NCBI GenBank assembly: GCA_965248195.1
Contig: CBDFIQ010000002.1
Location: 992,001 to 1,056,000 of the forward strand
Length of the DNA: 64,000 bases
Direction: 5' to 3'
Origin: Longimicrobiales bacterium
GTDB lineage: Bacteria > Gemmatimonadota > Gemmatimonadetes > Longimicrobiales > Gaopeijiaceae
Shown here in pieces: positions 18,935 through 28,499 of the stretch (position 1 is the stretch's first letter; each line of letters opens with the position of its first letter). The position numbers and the translations under genes were made by a program. Under the pieces are notes generated by a model that saw nothing but the letters and a program-made list of their open reading frames with translations, ran no database searches and was not told the DNA's origin.

Positions 18935-19744
18935 TTGACGCACGCAGTCGCTCTTCTTCTCTACGTCGGATCACTGATCCTGTGGTTCCGCTCGCTCCTG
19001 AGCGGAGGGCGCGGACGCGGCCCCATGATCGCTTTTGGGTTGGCCGCCGCCGGCGTCGCGGCACACGCGATCGCTCTAGCCCGTTTCACCGCCGAGTACG
19101 GTCAACTCCCGCTCAACGGGCTGGCGCCCTCCCTCTCCACCGTCGCCCTCATCATCGGCATTGGCTTGGTGGCCACCCTCGGGCTGGGCGAGGGCCGCCG
19201 TGTGGGCATCGTCCTCATTCCTGTTGTAATCCTATTGGAGGCGGTTGCGGTTTCGTTGGGGATCCAGCCGGCGCCCGAGATCCTGGACTTCCAAGGGGCG
19301 TGGTTCGCTTTCCATGTCACCTTGGCCTTCGCAGGCTTGGGTGGATTGGCCGTGGCTTTTGCCTCGGGGCTGCTCTACCTGGTCCAGCTTCACGAGCTCA
19401 ACACAAAGAGGATGGGACGCCTGTTCCAGTTCACGCCTCCTCTCGCTACGCTCGATCGTCTGGGCCGGACCGGGCTGGTGGCTGGGTTCATCACCTTTAC
19501 ACTCGCTCTCGTCCTCGGGTGGTTGTGGACCGTCAGCTTCCGGCAATCCTTCGACCAGTCGAACCCCAAGGTTTTGTGGGCGATCCTGTGCTGGTTCATC
19601 TTCGCCGCCGCTCTCGGAGTTCGAGTGGGCGATGGGGTGAAGGAGCGAAGAAGCGCCCTGGCGAGCGTGGTCGGGTTTTCATTGATCGTCGTGTCCTACC
19701 TCGGCCTTCGTCTGGCGAGTTCCCAGGGGGGGTTCTTCCTTTGA
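18935..19744 (+). CDS. Cytochrome c assembly family membrane protein (CcsA/HemX-like)
   Basis: About 8 TM segments, WFAFHV, PPLATLDRL, LGWLW..NPK; coupled to hemA. Confidence 0.85.
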   Translation: MTHAVALLLYVGSLILWFRSLLSGGRGRGPMIAFGLAAAGVAAHAIALARFTAEYGQLPLNGLAPSLSTVALIIGIGLVATLGLGEGRRVGIVLIPVVILLEAVAVSLGIQPAPEILDFQGAWFAFHVTLAFAGLGGLAVAFASGLLYLVQLHELNTKRMGRLFQFTPPLATLDRLGRTGLVAGFITFTLALVLGWLWTVSFRQSFDQSNPKVLWAILCWFIFAAALGVRVGDGVKERRSALASVVGFSLIVVSYLGLRLASSQGGFFL

Positions 19745-21111
19745 GCCCCGTCTCCCTAGTTGGTGTCAGCCACTTGACGGCGCCCGTGGAAATTCGGGAA
19801 CGTTTCGCGTTCGCGCCCGCGGAGGCCGCAGTGGCACTCGGTGCGCTCCGTACTGACTCCGAGGTTCAAGAGGCCGTGCTCCTCTCCACCTGCAACCGCA
19901 CGGAACTCTATGTGTGCCCCGGGGGCGATGAGGGCGTACAGGAGGCAGCGGAGCGAGTTCTTGCCCAGAAGGCGGGCGAAGTGGTGGGCGGAACGAAACA
20001 ATACCTCTATCGGCACGATGGAGAGGCATCGGTCCGTCACCTCTATCGTGTAGCCGGCGGGTTGGATTCCCTGGTCCTCGGTGAGGCCGAGATCCAAGGA
20101 CAGGTCAAGGACGCATACGAGTTGGCGGGACAGAATCCGGCTACGCCAGCGTTGGCCGGACCTATTCTACACAGACTCTTTCAGTCGGCCCTGGCCGCGG
20201 GAGGACGTATCCGGTCCACGACGCCGATCGGGGAAGGGGCGGCGTCCGTGGCGTCTGTGGCCGTGGGGTTGGCGCGAAAGATCTTCGGCGGCCTTCAAGG
20301 CCGCCAGGTGATGATCCTCGGGGCCGGCACCACCGCGGAGTTGGTGGTGGAGGCGCTCGGGCGAGACGGTATCAGAGGGCTCGTGGTTTCCAACCGGACC
20401 TATGAGCGGGCTTCTGAGCTCGCGAATAGACTTTCCGGGCACGCGGTGCACTTCGACGAAATGCCGTTCGAGTTGGCCAAGACCGACATCCTGATCGCGT
20501 CCACCGCCGCCCCACACCCGTTGGTGACCCGGGACGGCTTTCGCCATGCTAGGCAGGGCAGCCAGATTGGTCCGCTCCTTATTCTCGACCTGGCGATTCC
20601 CCGCGATGTGGAGCCTGAGGTCGGCAATGAGCCGAACGTATTCCTTTACAATGTGGACCACCTTCATGAGATCCTGGACGACAATCTGCTCAAGCGCCGG
20701 AAGTCCGTTCCCGAGGCCGAGGCCATTGTCGAGGAATTCGCCCGGGACTTTCTGCATTGGTACGGAGCCAGGGGCGTAGTCCCGGTGATTCGTAGTCTCC
20801 GGGCGAACTGGGACGACGTGCGCCAGGGTGAGCTGGAGCGCCTCTGGCAAAGGCTCTCGCACCTCCCCGCGGACGATCGAGACGCTGTCGAGGCTTTTTC
20901 CAAGCAACTCCTCAACAAGCTCTTGCACGACCCCACGAAGCGTTTGAAGGAGGGCGCCGGCAACGGCCGAGGCGTCGAGTTCATCGATGCGGTCCGGTAT
21001 TTGCACGACCTCGAAACGGTAGAGGCAGACCGCTCCGAGCGGTCGGAGCCGGGCGATGACGAGGAGGTCGAGGGAATCGGAATGGACGTACCACGAGCGG
21101 ACGATGAGTGA
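19741..21111 (+). CDS. hemA: Glutamyl-tRNA reductase
   Basis: TTG start overlapping upstream stop; GVSHLTAPVEIRE, LSTCNRTE, GLDSLVLGEAEIQGQVK, DLAIPRDVE. Confidence 0.96.
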   Translation: MSPVSLVGVSHLTAPVEIRERFAFAPAEAAVALGALRTDSEVQEAVLLSTCNRTELYVCPGGDEGVQEAAERVLAQKAGEVVGGTKQYLYRHDGEASVRHLYRVAGGLDSLVLGEAEIQGQVKDAYELAGQNPATPALAGPILHRLFQSALAAGGRIRSTTPIGEGAASVASVAVGLARKIFGGLQGRQVMILGAGTTAELVVEALGRDGIRGLVVSNRTYERASELANRLSGHAVHFDEMPFELAKTDILIASTAAPHPLVTRDGFRHARQGSQIGPLLILDLAIPRDVEPEVGNEPNVFLYNVDHLHEILDDNLLKRRKSVPEAEAIVEEFARDFLHWYGARGVVPVIRSLRANWDDVRQGELERLWQRLSHLPADDRDAVEAFSKQLLNKLLHDPTKRLKEGAGNGRGVEFIDAVRYLHDLETVEADRSERSEPGDDEEVEGIGMDVPRADDE

Positions 21112-21134
21112 AGCGCTTCGAAGTGTTCTCCTAG

Positions 21135-22097
21135 ATGAGTGATGCGAGTCGAAGAGTTCTTGTAACGGGAGGTGCCGGATTCATCGGTAGCCATGTCGTC
21201 GACGCGTACCTGGAGCGGGGTGACCGGGTGTGGGTTGTCGACGACCTGTCGAGTGGCCGATCGGCGAACGTAAACCCCCAAGCGGAGTTCCTCGAAATGG
21301 GAATCGAGGCTCCGGCTTTGCGTGACCTGTTCCGTACCGTGGGGTTCGATTTACTGAGCTTACACGCTGCCCAGATCGACGTTCGTACCTCCGTCGCGGA
21401 TCCCGCCCAGGACGCGGACATCAACGTCCTCGGAATGCTCAACGTACTCGAATGCGCCCGCGAGACCGACACGCGCAGGATCGTGTACGTCTCGAGCGGC
21501 GGGGTGGTCTACGGCGAGCCGGAGGAGATACCCACGCCTGAGGCGGCGCCCAAACTGCCGCTCTCTCCTTACGGGGTCACGAAGCTCTCCGGGGAGTACT
21601 ACTTACACTATTACCGGGTAGTCCATGGCCTCGAGTACGTGGTGCTACGGTATGCCAATGTTTTTGGACCTCGGCAGGATCCGCGCGGGGAGGCCGGTGT
21701 GGTGGCGATTTTTTGTGAGCGGCTGCAGTCTGGGGAAGAACTCACTATCTTCGGCGACGGCGAGCAGACCCGAGACTATGTGTATGTGAAGGATGTGGTG
21801 AGCGCGAACCTCCTCGCATCCGAGATGGTACTGAAGCCCGCAGCGAATATCGATGCGGTGGCCTTCAACGTCGGCACGGGGGTGGGGACTAGCGTGAATC
21901 GGCTTGCGGATGTCCTTGAAAGTATTGCCGAGGTTCGGCCGGGCCGCGTCTACCGCGAAGCGCGTGCCGGAGAACTCCGGCACAGTACACTGGAGGTGTC
22001 TCGGTTCGCCGAGCGTGGATGGGCCCCCCACCACACGCTCGAAGATGGTCTCCGGGAGACGTTTCACTTCATCACCAATCAAAAGATCGGAGCTTGA
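21135..22097 (+). CDS. UDP-glucose 4-epimerase-like SDR
   Basis: TGGAGFIGSH, YGVTK, LRYANVFGPRQD. Confidence 0.92.
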   Translation: MSDASRRVLVTGGAGFIGSHVVDAYLERGDRVWVVDDLSSGRSANVNPQAEFLEMGIEAPALRDLFRTVGFDLLSLHAAQIDVRTSVADPAQDADINVLGMLNVLECARETDTRRIVYVSSGGVVYGEPEEIPTPEAAPKLPLSPYGVTKLSGEYYLHYYRVVHGLEYVVLRYANVFGPRQDPRGEAGVVAIFCERLQSGEELTIFGDGEQTRDYVYVKDVVSANLLASEMVLKPAANIDAVAFNVGTGVGTSVNRLADVLESIAEVRPGRVYREARAGELRHSTLEVSRFAERGWAPHHTLEDGLRETFHFITNQKIGA

Positions 22098-22817
22098 ATG
22101 GGGCTTTCGACGCTCTTCGCCCAGACCGGTGCACCGACGAGCGCATGGGACATGGTGTTCGCAGGGACTCTGCCGACCAAGGTGGTTCTGATAACCCTCG
22201 CCGTTTCGTCGGCCTTTTCATGGGTCCTCATTTTCTGGAAGGCCCGCCAGTTCAGAACCGTTCGGCATCAGGGCCATCGATTCCTACTGAAGATGGAGCG
22301 AGCCACCGGGCTAGCGGACGCCTACAAGGCCGTGCTGTCCCTGCCGGAATCTCCCTACGGGCGTGTTTTTCGGCAGGGAGTGAATTTTTTTAGCGAACTA
22401 CGCCCGGGTGCGCTCCGCGAAGGAGCCCCCCCGAGTGAAGGGCTCTCCCTGACCCAGTTGCAAGCGCTCAAACTCGTTCTGGAGAAAGAAGAGGCCGAGG
22501 AGCGCGATGAACTTGCGGAAGGGCTGATTTGGTTGGCCATCCTGGGTTCGGTTTCGCCGCTCATGGGTCTCATGGGGACTGTCCTGGGTATCACGAACAC
22601 GTTTATTGGGATCACGGCAACCGGCTCGGCGAACATCGCTGCGGTGGCTCCCGGGGTTGCCCAGGCCCTCGTAACTACCGTCGCCGGGCTGATCGTGGCG
22701 ATCCCCGCGATCGTCGCCTACAACCATTTCCTCGCGAAGCTGAACCTGGTCAGCGGGGAGCTCGAGGGCTTCTCGAGCGAATTCATCGGCACACTGGCCC
22801 GAGAGGGGCGCGTATGA
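22098..22817 (+). CDS. tolQ: TolQ/ExbB proton channel
   Basis: SPLMGLMGTVLGI, VAPGVAQALVTTVAGLIVAIPA; tol-pal context. Confidence 0.9.
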   Translation: MGLSTLFAQTGAPTSAWDMVFAGTLPTKVVLITLAVSSAFSWVLIFWKARQFRTVRHQGHRFLLKMERATGLADAYKAVLSLPESPYGRVFRQGVNFFSELRPGALREGAPPSEGLSLTQLQALKLVLEKEEAEERDELAEGLIWLAILGSVSPLMGLMGTVLGITNTFIGITATGSANIAAVAPGVAQALVTTVAGLIVAIPAIVAYNHFLAKLNLVSGELEGFSSEFIGTLAREGRV

Positions 22818-22860
22818 TGGTTCCTGCGCGTATGTTGCCTCCAGCGGGTTGGCCCGTCCG

Positions 22861-23277
22861 ATGATGGGGGCGCACGGGGGAGGGCGAGATCTGCAGCCCG
22901 TGGCCGAAATCAACGTCACGAGCATGGTCGACGTGGCGTTTACCCTGCTCATCATCTTCATCATCACCGCGCCCATCCTCCAGGGAGGCATCGAGGTCGC
23001 GGTGCCCGAGACGGAGGTTTCTGCACTCACGGCGGCGGAGAACACGCTCATCGTCACCGTGGACCGCGACGGGATGGTATACCTGGGGGAGACGCCCATG
23101 GACCGAACCGAATTCGCACGATCCTTCGGGCAGATTGTGTCGGCTGGAGCGGTGGAAGAGGTGTGGATCAAGGGCGATTCACTCGCTACCTGGGGTGCGG
23201 GTGTCGACGTGATATCCACGGTCGCCCGTAGCGGGATCGACTTCGCGGTGGTGGGCACGCAGAGGCCTCCGGATTAA
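22861..23277 (+). CDS. tolR: TolR/ExbD
   Basis: EINVTSMVDVAFTLLIIFIITAP. Confidence 0.9.
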   Translation: MMGAHGGGRDLQPVAEINVTSMVDVAFTLLIIFIITAPILQGGIEVAVPETEVSALTAAENTLIVTVDRDGMVYLGETPMDRTEFARSFGQIVSAGAVEEVWIKGDSLATWGAGVDVISTVARSGIDFAVVGTQRPPD

Positions 23278-23283
23278 CGTGAT

Positions 23284-24036
23284 ATGAGTGGCCCCGAAGC
23301 GGTTCGGAAGCGCCCGCGGCGCCGGGCGGTCGGAAGGGGCCCGGTAATCGGGTCCGCCTTTGTTCACACCGCCGCGATTTTCCTGGCGTGGTGGACCTCC
23401 GCGGTGCCCCGTGAGGTACCCGATTTCGTCGTTTACGAGATCGAGTTGATTTCTCCTGCGGCCGCTGAGCTCGGCGAACGGACGACGCCACCTCCTGAGG
23501 AGTTGGTCATCGAAACGCCCTTCGATCCGACACCGGAGCCGCAGGAGGAGACGCCTCCCCCGATCATCGAGGAGGAGCCTCCCGCCGAAGAGCCCCCGCA
23601 ACCCGAAGAGACGCCCGCACCGCCCGACGTCGAACCCGTCGTGGACCCGGTGGCCCCGACCAGCCCGGATCCGGATCCGGATGTGGAGACGCCGGGAGAG
23701 GACCTGAACGTTCGGATGGAAGGTATTCAAAGGGACTATCCGGAGTATTACAACAATATCATTCGTCAGATGCAGCGGTGCTTCCGTTGGCGGGGGGAGG
23801 AGGATCTGCGGGCGACGGTTTATTTCGTGATCGATCGGGACGGTTCGGTCTCCGAGGTCGATATCCTGGAGTCGTCACGGAGCATAGCTTTCGATATCGA
23901 AGCGATGGGGGCAGCGGAGTGTGCCGGCAGCCGAGACCGCTTGGGTCCGCTTCCGGAGGCGCTCCCTTTCGATCGGCTCCCGATCCTGTTTAAATTCGAC
24001 CCCCGGGCCCGACGCGGCATCGATTCGGAGGAATGA
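23284..24036 (+). CDS. TolA/TonB-like energy transducer
   Basis: N-terminal TM with SxxxH, Pro/Glu-rich linker, TonB-C-like domain (FVIDRDGSV, SS..FD). Confidence 0.85.
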   Translation: MSGPEAVRKRPRRRAVGRGPVIGSAFVHTAAIFLAWWTSAVPREVPDFVVYEIELISPAAAELGERTTPPPEELVIETPFDPTPEPQEETPPPIIEEEPPAEEPPQPEETPAPPDVEPVVDPVAPTSPDPDPDVETPGEDLNVRMEGIQRDYPEYYNNIIRQMQRCFRWRGEEDLRATVYFVIDRDGSVSEVDILESSRSIAFDIEAMGAAECAGSRDRLGPLPEALPFDRLPILFKFDPRARRGIDSEE

Positions 24037-24076
24037 TGGACGGATCAGTGATGAAGAACGGATGAGACTGGAGGGT

Positions 24077-25432
24077 ATGCACGTGGTGAGAACGCTCGCT
24101 TGGGCAGCATTGGTTCCGGCCGTATTAATGAGCCCGCTCGCGGCGCAGCAGGACTCGATCCCGGGGGTGACCTTGGGGTTGTTGTACGAGGCGGAATTTC
24201 AGCCCGCCCTGGCCGTCCAGCCATTCTTGGGCCGTCTCGGAGGAGAGCTGGTGGCCGCTCGGGTCGAGACCATTATCGCGACCGACCTCCGCTACAGTGA
24301 CCGGTTCCAGATCATGGATTCTCTCCCCCGCTCCTTGGTCGCCGGCGAGGTCGACTATCAGCTTTGGGATCAGCTGGGAGCCGTCTGGCTGCTGTCGGGC
24401 TCCCTCGAGGGGGCTGGTTCCGGATTCGTGCTGGTGCTGGAACTCCACGATGTGGTCTATTCCGAAATCCGTGCACAGGGCCGCTTTCCAATCCCGGCCA
24501 CGAGTGACGACGATTTCCGACTGGCCGCCCATATCGCCTCGGACGCGATCATCGAGTGGATTTACAATGAGCCCGGGATGGCGGCGAGCCGGATCGCGTT
24601 CTCACTGAGAACGCGGGAGGGCAACCAGGACCTGTACCTGATCGACTCGGATGGCCGGAACTTCAGGCGGCTCACCAACTACGATGACCTCACGATGTCT
24701 CCGTCCTGGTCCCCGGACGGGGCCCGCATCGCCTACTCGTCCCGCAAGGGAGCCGGGTTGCCTCGCATCTACGAGCTGGACCTCGAGACCATGATGGAAA
24801 AGCCTCTCGACGCGGGGCGAACCGGCGACCATAACACGCCGGCCTATAGCCCCAATGGCCGTGATATGGCTTTTTCGATCACAGGGGGTAACCGCAGCGG
24901 AATTTTCTACTACGACTTCGAGCGAGATTGTTGCCTTACGCACGTCAGCGGCGGACGCTGGGATGACATCTCGCCGACGTATTCGCCCGACGGGCGTTGG
25001 CTCGCGTTCAACTCCAACCGCCTGGGCACTCCGTTTCCACAGATCTACGTGATGCCCGCCACCGGGGGAGAGGCGGACCTCGTCTCCCCTTATCTGCATG
25101 GCCAGGAAGGTTACTACACCTCTCCTGATTGGGCGCCGGTGGGTGATCACGTGGCCTTTCACGGTCGCGTAGGCCGGAGAGGGCGATACAACATCCTGGT
25201 AGCGGATGTCTCCGACCGGGGGCGCCGCCTTAGGCAGCTTACGTGGGAGGGGAATAATGAGGATCCGAGTTGGGCTCCCGACGGACGCCATCTCGTGTTC
25301 ATCGGGCGCCGGGACTGGGGTACCGGCCTGATGGTGGTCGATACGGCCACCGGCACCTATCGGATGCTCCGGCGGGGGCTCGACGTCCGGGTACCCGATT
25401 GGTCGCCGTCCTTGGGATGGGACGGGCCCTAG
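24077..25432 (+). CDS. tolB: TolB
   Basis: Signal peptide, PD40 repeats (PSWSPDG, PAYSPNG, PTYSPDG); GGAGG before ATG 24077. Confidence 0.9.
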   Translation: MHVVRTLAWAALVPAVLMSPLAAQQDSIPGVTLGLLYEAEFQPALAVQPFLGRLGGELVAARVETIIATDLRYSDRFQIMDSLPRSLVAGEVDYQLWDQLGAVWLLSGSLEGAGSGFVLVLELHDVVYSEIRAQGRFPIPATSDDDFRLAAHIASDAIIEWIYNEPGMAASRIAFSLRTREGNQDLYLIDSDGRNFRRLTNYDDLTMSPSWSPDGARIAYSSRKGAGLPRIYELDLETMMEKPLDAGRTGDHNTPAYSPNGRDMAFSITGGNRSGIFYYDFERDCCLTHVSGGRWDDISPTYSPDGRWLAFNSNRLGTPFPQIYVMPATGGEADLVSPYLHGQEGYYTSPDWAPVGDHVAFHGRVGRRGRYNILVADVSDRGRRLRQLTWEGNNEDPSWAPDGRHLVFIGRRDWGTGLMVVDTATGTYRMLRRGLDVRVPDWSPSLGWDGP

Positions 25433-25606
25433 CCCTAGGGAGGGCCGGTCTGAAGTCATTGCGCCATGGTGCTCAATGGAGTATATGCTTTATGTTGTTG
25501 CGACCCATTTGCGGGCCAGAGTTAGGTTTTGGTAACCAGTGTTTCGCCGACGGGCTCGCCGAGTCGGGCAAGCCTCTGAGATGACCACTCACAGACAGGA
25601 CTGAGG

Positions 25607-26206
25607 ATGAGGATCACACACCTATTCGTACCAGCCATCGCCGCCACGCTCATTCTCAGCGCATGTGGGGGCGGGGACCCGCCTGAGCCGCCGGCGCCCA
25701 CTGGGCCGACTCAGGCCGAGATCGACGCGCGAAATGATTCGATTGCCGCGGCCAGGGCCGCAGAGGCTGCGCGTGCGGCTGCTGAGCGCGAAGCTGCGCG
25801 CCGTGAGCAGGAGCGCATGAACCGGGCGAGGGACCAGGCCCGGGCGACGCTCGAAGCGGTGGTGCAGTTCGACTACGATGAATCCGACATCACTGCTGCG
25901 GCGGAGCGGATCCTACGCGCGAAGCTACCGATCCTGCGTAACAGTCCGACGGTCCGCCTCCGCTTTGAGGGACACGCCGACGAGCGGGGCTCGACGGAGT
26001 ACAACCTCGCACTGGGAAGCCGGCGTGCCGAGAGTGTGCGGGAGTTCATCTCGGGCTTCGGGATTTCGGCGGATCGCTTCGCCACGACCTCGTTCGGGGA
26101 GGAGCGCCCTGCTGTCAACCGTAGCGACGAGGCGGCCTGGGCTCAGAACCGACGGGTCGAGTTCGTGATCACGGGCGGTCAAATCGTGGTCAGCGAGGAC
26201 GATTAA
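25607..26206 (+). CDS. pal: Peptidoglycan-associated lipoprotein Pal
   Basis: LSAC lipobox; GHADERGSTEYNLALG, NRRVEF; follows tolB. Confidence 0.93.
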   Translation: MRITHLFVPAIAATLILSACGGGDPPEPPAPTGPTQAEIDARNDSIAAARAAEAARAAAEREAARREQERMNRARDQARATLEAVVQFDYDESDITAAAERILRAKLPILRNSPTVRLRFEGHADERGSTEYNLALGSRRAESVREFISGFGISADRFATTSFGEERPAVNRSDEAAWAQNRRVEFVITGGQIVVSEDD

Positions 26207-26236
26207 AAACACCAGGAAACTCCGGTCGGGGACAGG

Positions 26237-27061
26237 ATGAGTATGACCCCTCCCTTCGGCACTTCCGTCGCGCTCCATCGTGGCTGGGGCCGTGGGGGAG
26301 GGGTCTTTGTCGTTTTCGCGACCCTGGTGCTGGCCTCGGGATGCGCCACGAAGGGGGACGTGCGGCGTCTCCAAGACGAAGTGGCCCGGCAATCGTCTCG
26401 ACAGGAAGCTCAGTTACGGGAGTTGTCCGCCGACGTCCAGGCTCTCCAGGACACGCTGGAAATCCAGTCCGAGATAGTGGTGGACACCCGGGGGGGGATT
26501 GCACGGGAGCTTCGGGACATCCAAACCCAGCTGTCCCAATTGACCGCGTTGACCGGGCAGATTCAGCGCTCCGTGGTCTTGCTGTCCGAGCGGATCCAGG
26601 CCGAGGGCGCCCGGGTGACGACCGCGGATCGGCGCGCCGATCCCGATTCGCTTCGTGCTCTGGTCGGGCGCGGTGGTGGGGGTCCAGCGGCGGCGGAGGA
26701 GACGTATGAGGCGGCGGTGACGCAGTTCAATCGTGGTCAGCTCAACACCGCACGGATGGCTTTCGGGAGCTTCCTTGTAGAATATCCCGATCATCGGCTG
26801 GCGCCTTCGGCCCAGTTCAATCTCGCCGATATTTTCGAGCAGGAAAATCGCCTCGACCAGGCGATCTCGGGATTCCTCCGGGTTTCCGAGTTGTACCCCA
26901 CTGCGGACCGGGTTCCGGTAGCGTTGTATCGGATCGGCAACATCTACGTTCTCCAGCAAGAGTTCGATGAGGCCGTGAGCTATCTCGAGCGTGTGGTCAA
27001 TACCTATCCTGACAGTGGCGCGGCGGAGCTTGCCCAGGAGCTGCTGCAGGAGATCCGCTGA
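26237..27061 (+). CDS. cpoB: CpoB/YbgF
   Basis: LASGC lipobox, coiled coil, TPRs; follows pal. Confidence 0.88.
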   Translation: MSMTPPFGTSVALHRGWGRGGGVFVVFATLVLASGCATKGDVRRLQDEVARQSSRQEAQLRELSADVQALQDTLEIQSEIVVDTRGGIARELRDIQTQLSQLTALTGQIQRSVVLLSERIQAEGARVTTADRRADPDSLRALVGRGGGGPAAAEETYEAAVTQFNRGQLNTARMAFGSFLVEYPDHRLAPSAQFNLADIFEQENRLDQAISGFLRVSELYPTADRVPVALYRIGNIYVLQQEFDEAVSYLERVVNTYPDSGAAELAQELLQEIR

Positions 27062-27079
27062 CGTCCCGCACCGTGTCTG

Positions 27080-27577
27080 ATGCGCTGTCCAGAGTGTGAC
27101 GCCACGGAGAACCGTGTCGTCGACACCCGCGATAGCCGGGGTGGGCGTGCGGTCCGACGCCGCAGGGAATGCGGCGTGTGCGGGGCCCGTTTCACGACCT
27201 ACGAACACGTCGAAGAGCGACCCTTACGCGTTACCAAACGTGACGGGAGCGGCGAGGATTTCGACCGGACCAAGCTACTTCGAAGCGTTGCGGTCGCCTG
27301 TGCGAAAAGGCCGGTCACCGAAGGGGACATCGACGCCATCGTGGATGCCGTCGAAGAGAACCTGACAAGGACCGCCAGCTTCGAGGTTTCCAGTTCCCAC
27401 ATCGGCGAAATCGTCATGCACCATCTCGCCCCGCTGGACCGAGTGGCCTACGTGCGTTTCGCCTCCGTCTACCGGAACTTCCAGGACATCGGTGAGTTCC
27501 AAGACATGGTGCACGACCTGAACGCGGAAGAGCGCCGTCAGGGCTCAGCCAGGAACCAAGAGGAGCTCCCACTCTGA
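27080..27577 (+). CDS. nrdR: Transcriptional repressor NrdR
   Basis: MRCPEC, RRRRECGVCGARFTTYE, ATP cone, AYVRFASVYR. Confidence 0.97.
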   Translation: MRCPECDATENRVVDTRDSRGGRAVRRRRECGVCGARFTTYEHVEERPLRVTKRDGSGEDFDRTKLLRSVAVACAKRPVTEGDIDAIVDAVEENLTRTASFEVSSSHIGEIVMHHLAPLDRVAYVRFASVYRNFQDIGEFQDMVHDLNAEERRQGSARNQEELPL

Positions 27578-27675
27578 TATCTCCCCACGCAAAGCCGTCC
27601 GACGGCAGCGTGGCGCTCTCGGGTATCCGTGCGTTCGCACGGATGGCGGCTCGCCCCACTCATTCCGGCGAAATC

Positions 27676-27703
27676 TTGACGAGGGCGTCCGCTCACCCAG
27701 AAT
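27676..27703 (+). promoter_or_regulatory. Putative sigma70 promoter of tatC-lptD (leaderless geometry)
   Basis: TTGACG-N16-CAGAAT, 7 nt before ATG 27711. Confidence 0.45.
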
Positions 27704-27710
27704 CGCGACG

Positions 27711-28499
27711 ATGATTCGAAACCCCCGCGGCGAGATGCCGTTCCTCGACCACTTGGAAGAACTCCGCTGGCGGATCCTGTGGAGCCTCGTGGCGATCGTA
27801 ATCGGGAGTGTGGTGGGCTTCGTCCTGGTGCTGAGGTTTGGGGTGCTCGACCTTCTCATCAATCCGTTCTACGAGGTGATGGGAGAGGAAGAGAGGCTCG
27901 TCTTCCTTGCTCCGACGGAGCCGTTCTTCCTCATCCTGAGGGTCGGGATCCTGGGCGGTGTGGTCCTCGTCTCGCCGATCATCATCTACCAGATCTGGGC
28001 GTTCCTGTCGCCCGCGCTCGAGCGGCATGAGAAGAGGGCCATCATCCCAGCCCTCTATCTGGGAGTGGTCCTCTTCTCAGCCGGCGTGTGGATGTCGTAC
28101 GCCATAGCGCTCCCGGTCACGCTCCAGTTCCTGTTGTTCTTCGGAGAGGGGTACTTCGACCAAATGCTGCAGGCGGGCCCCTACCTCGGCTTCGTCACCA
28201 AGCTGCTCCTGGCGTTCGGCATCCTGTTCGAGTTGCCGGTGGTTATCATGATCCTGTCCGCGCTGGGGCTCGTCACGCCTGCGTTTCTGCGGGCAAAGAG
28301 GCGTCATGCGATCGTCATCATCACCGTGTTGGCCAGCTTCCTCAGCCCGGGCGACGTCGTCACGGTGACGGCCCTGATGATGCTGCCGCTGGTTCTCCTG
28401 TACGAATTCAGCATTTTCCTCTCGGTCATCATCACCAGAAAGCGCCGTGCGCGGGACATTGGTGGTGACCCGCCGGACGGAGCGGTCGAGGCCAAATGA
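27711..28499 (+). CDS. tatC: Twin-arginine translocase TatC
   Basis: MPFLDHLEELRWR, YQIWAFLSPAL, FELPV, LLYE. Confidence 0.96.
   Translation: MIRNPRGEMPFLDHLEELRWRILWSLVAIVIGSVVGFVLVLRFGVLDLLINPFYEVMGEEERLVFLAPTEPFFLILRVGILGGVVLVSPIIIYQIWAFLSPALERHEKRAIIPALYLGVVLFSAGVWMSYAIALPVTLQFLLFFGEGYFDQMLQAGPYLGFVTKLLLAFGILFELPVVIMILSALGLVTPAFLRAKRRHAIVIITVLASFLSPGDVVTVTALMMLPLVLLYEFSIFLSVIITRKRRARDIGGDPPDGAVEAK

Noticed and set aside
18982..19740. Apparent 709-aa HemA fusion
   Set aside because: The upstream part is an alternative frame of the ccsA-like gene; HemA similarity starts at TTG 19741.
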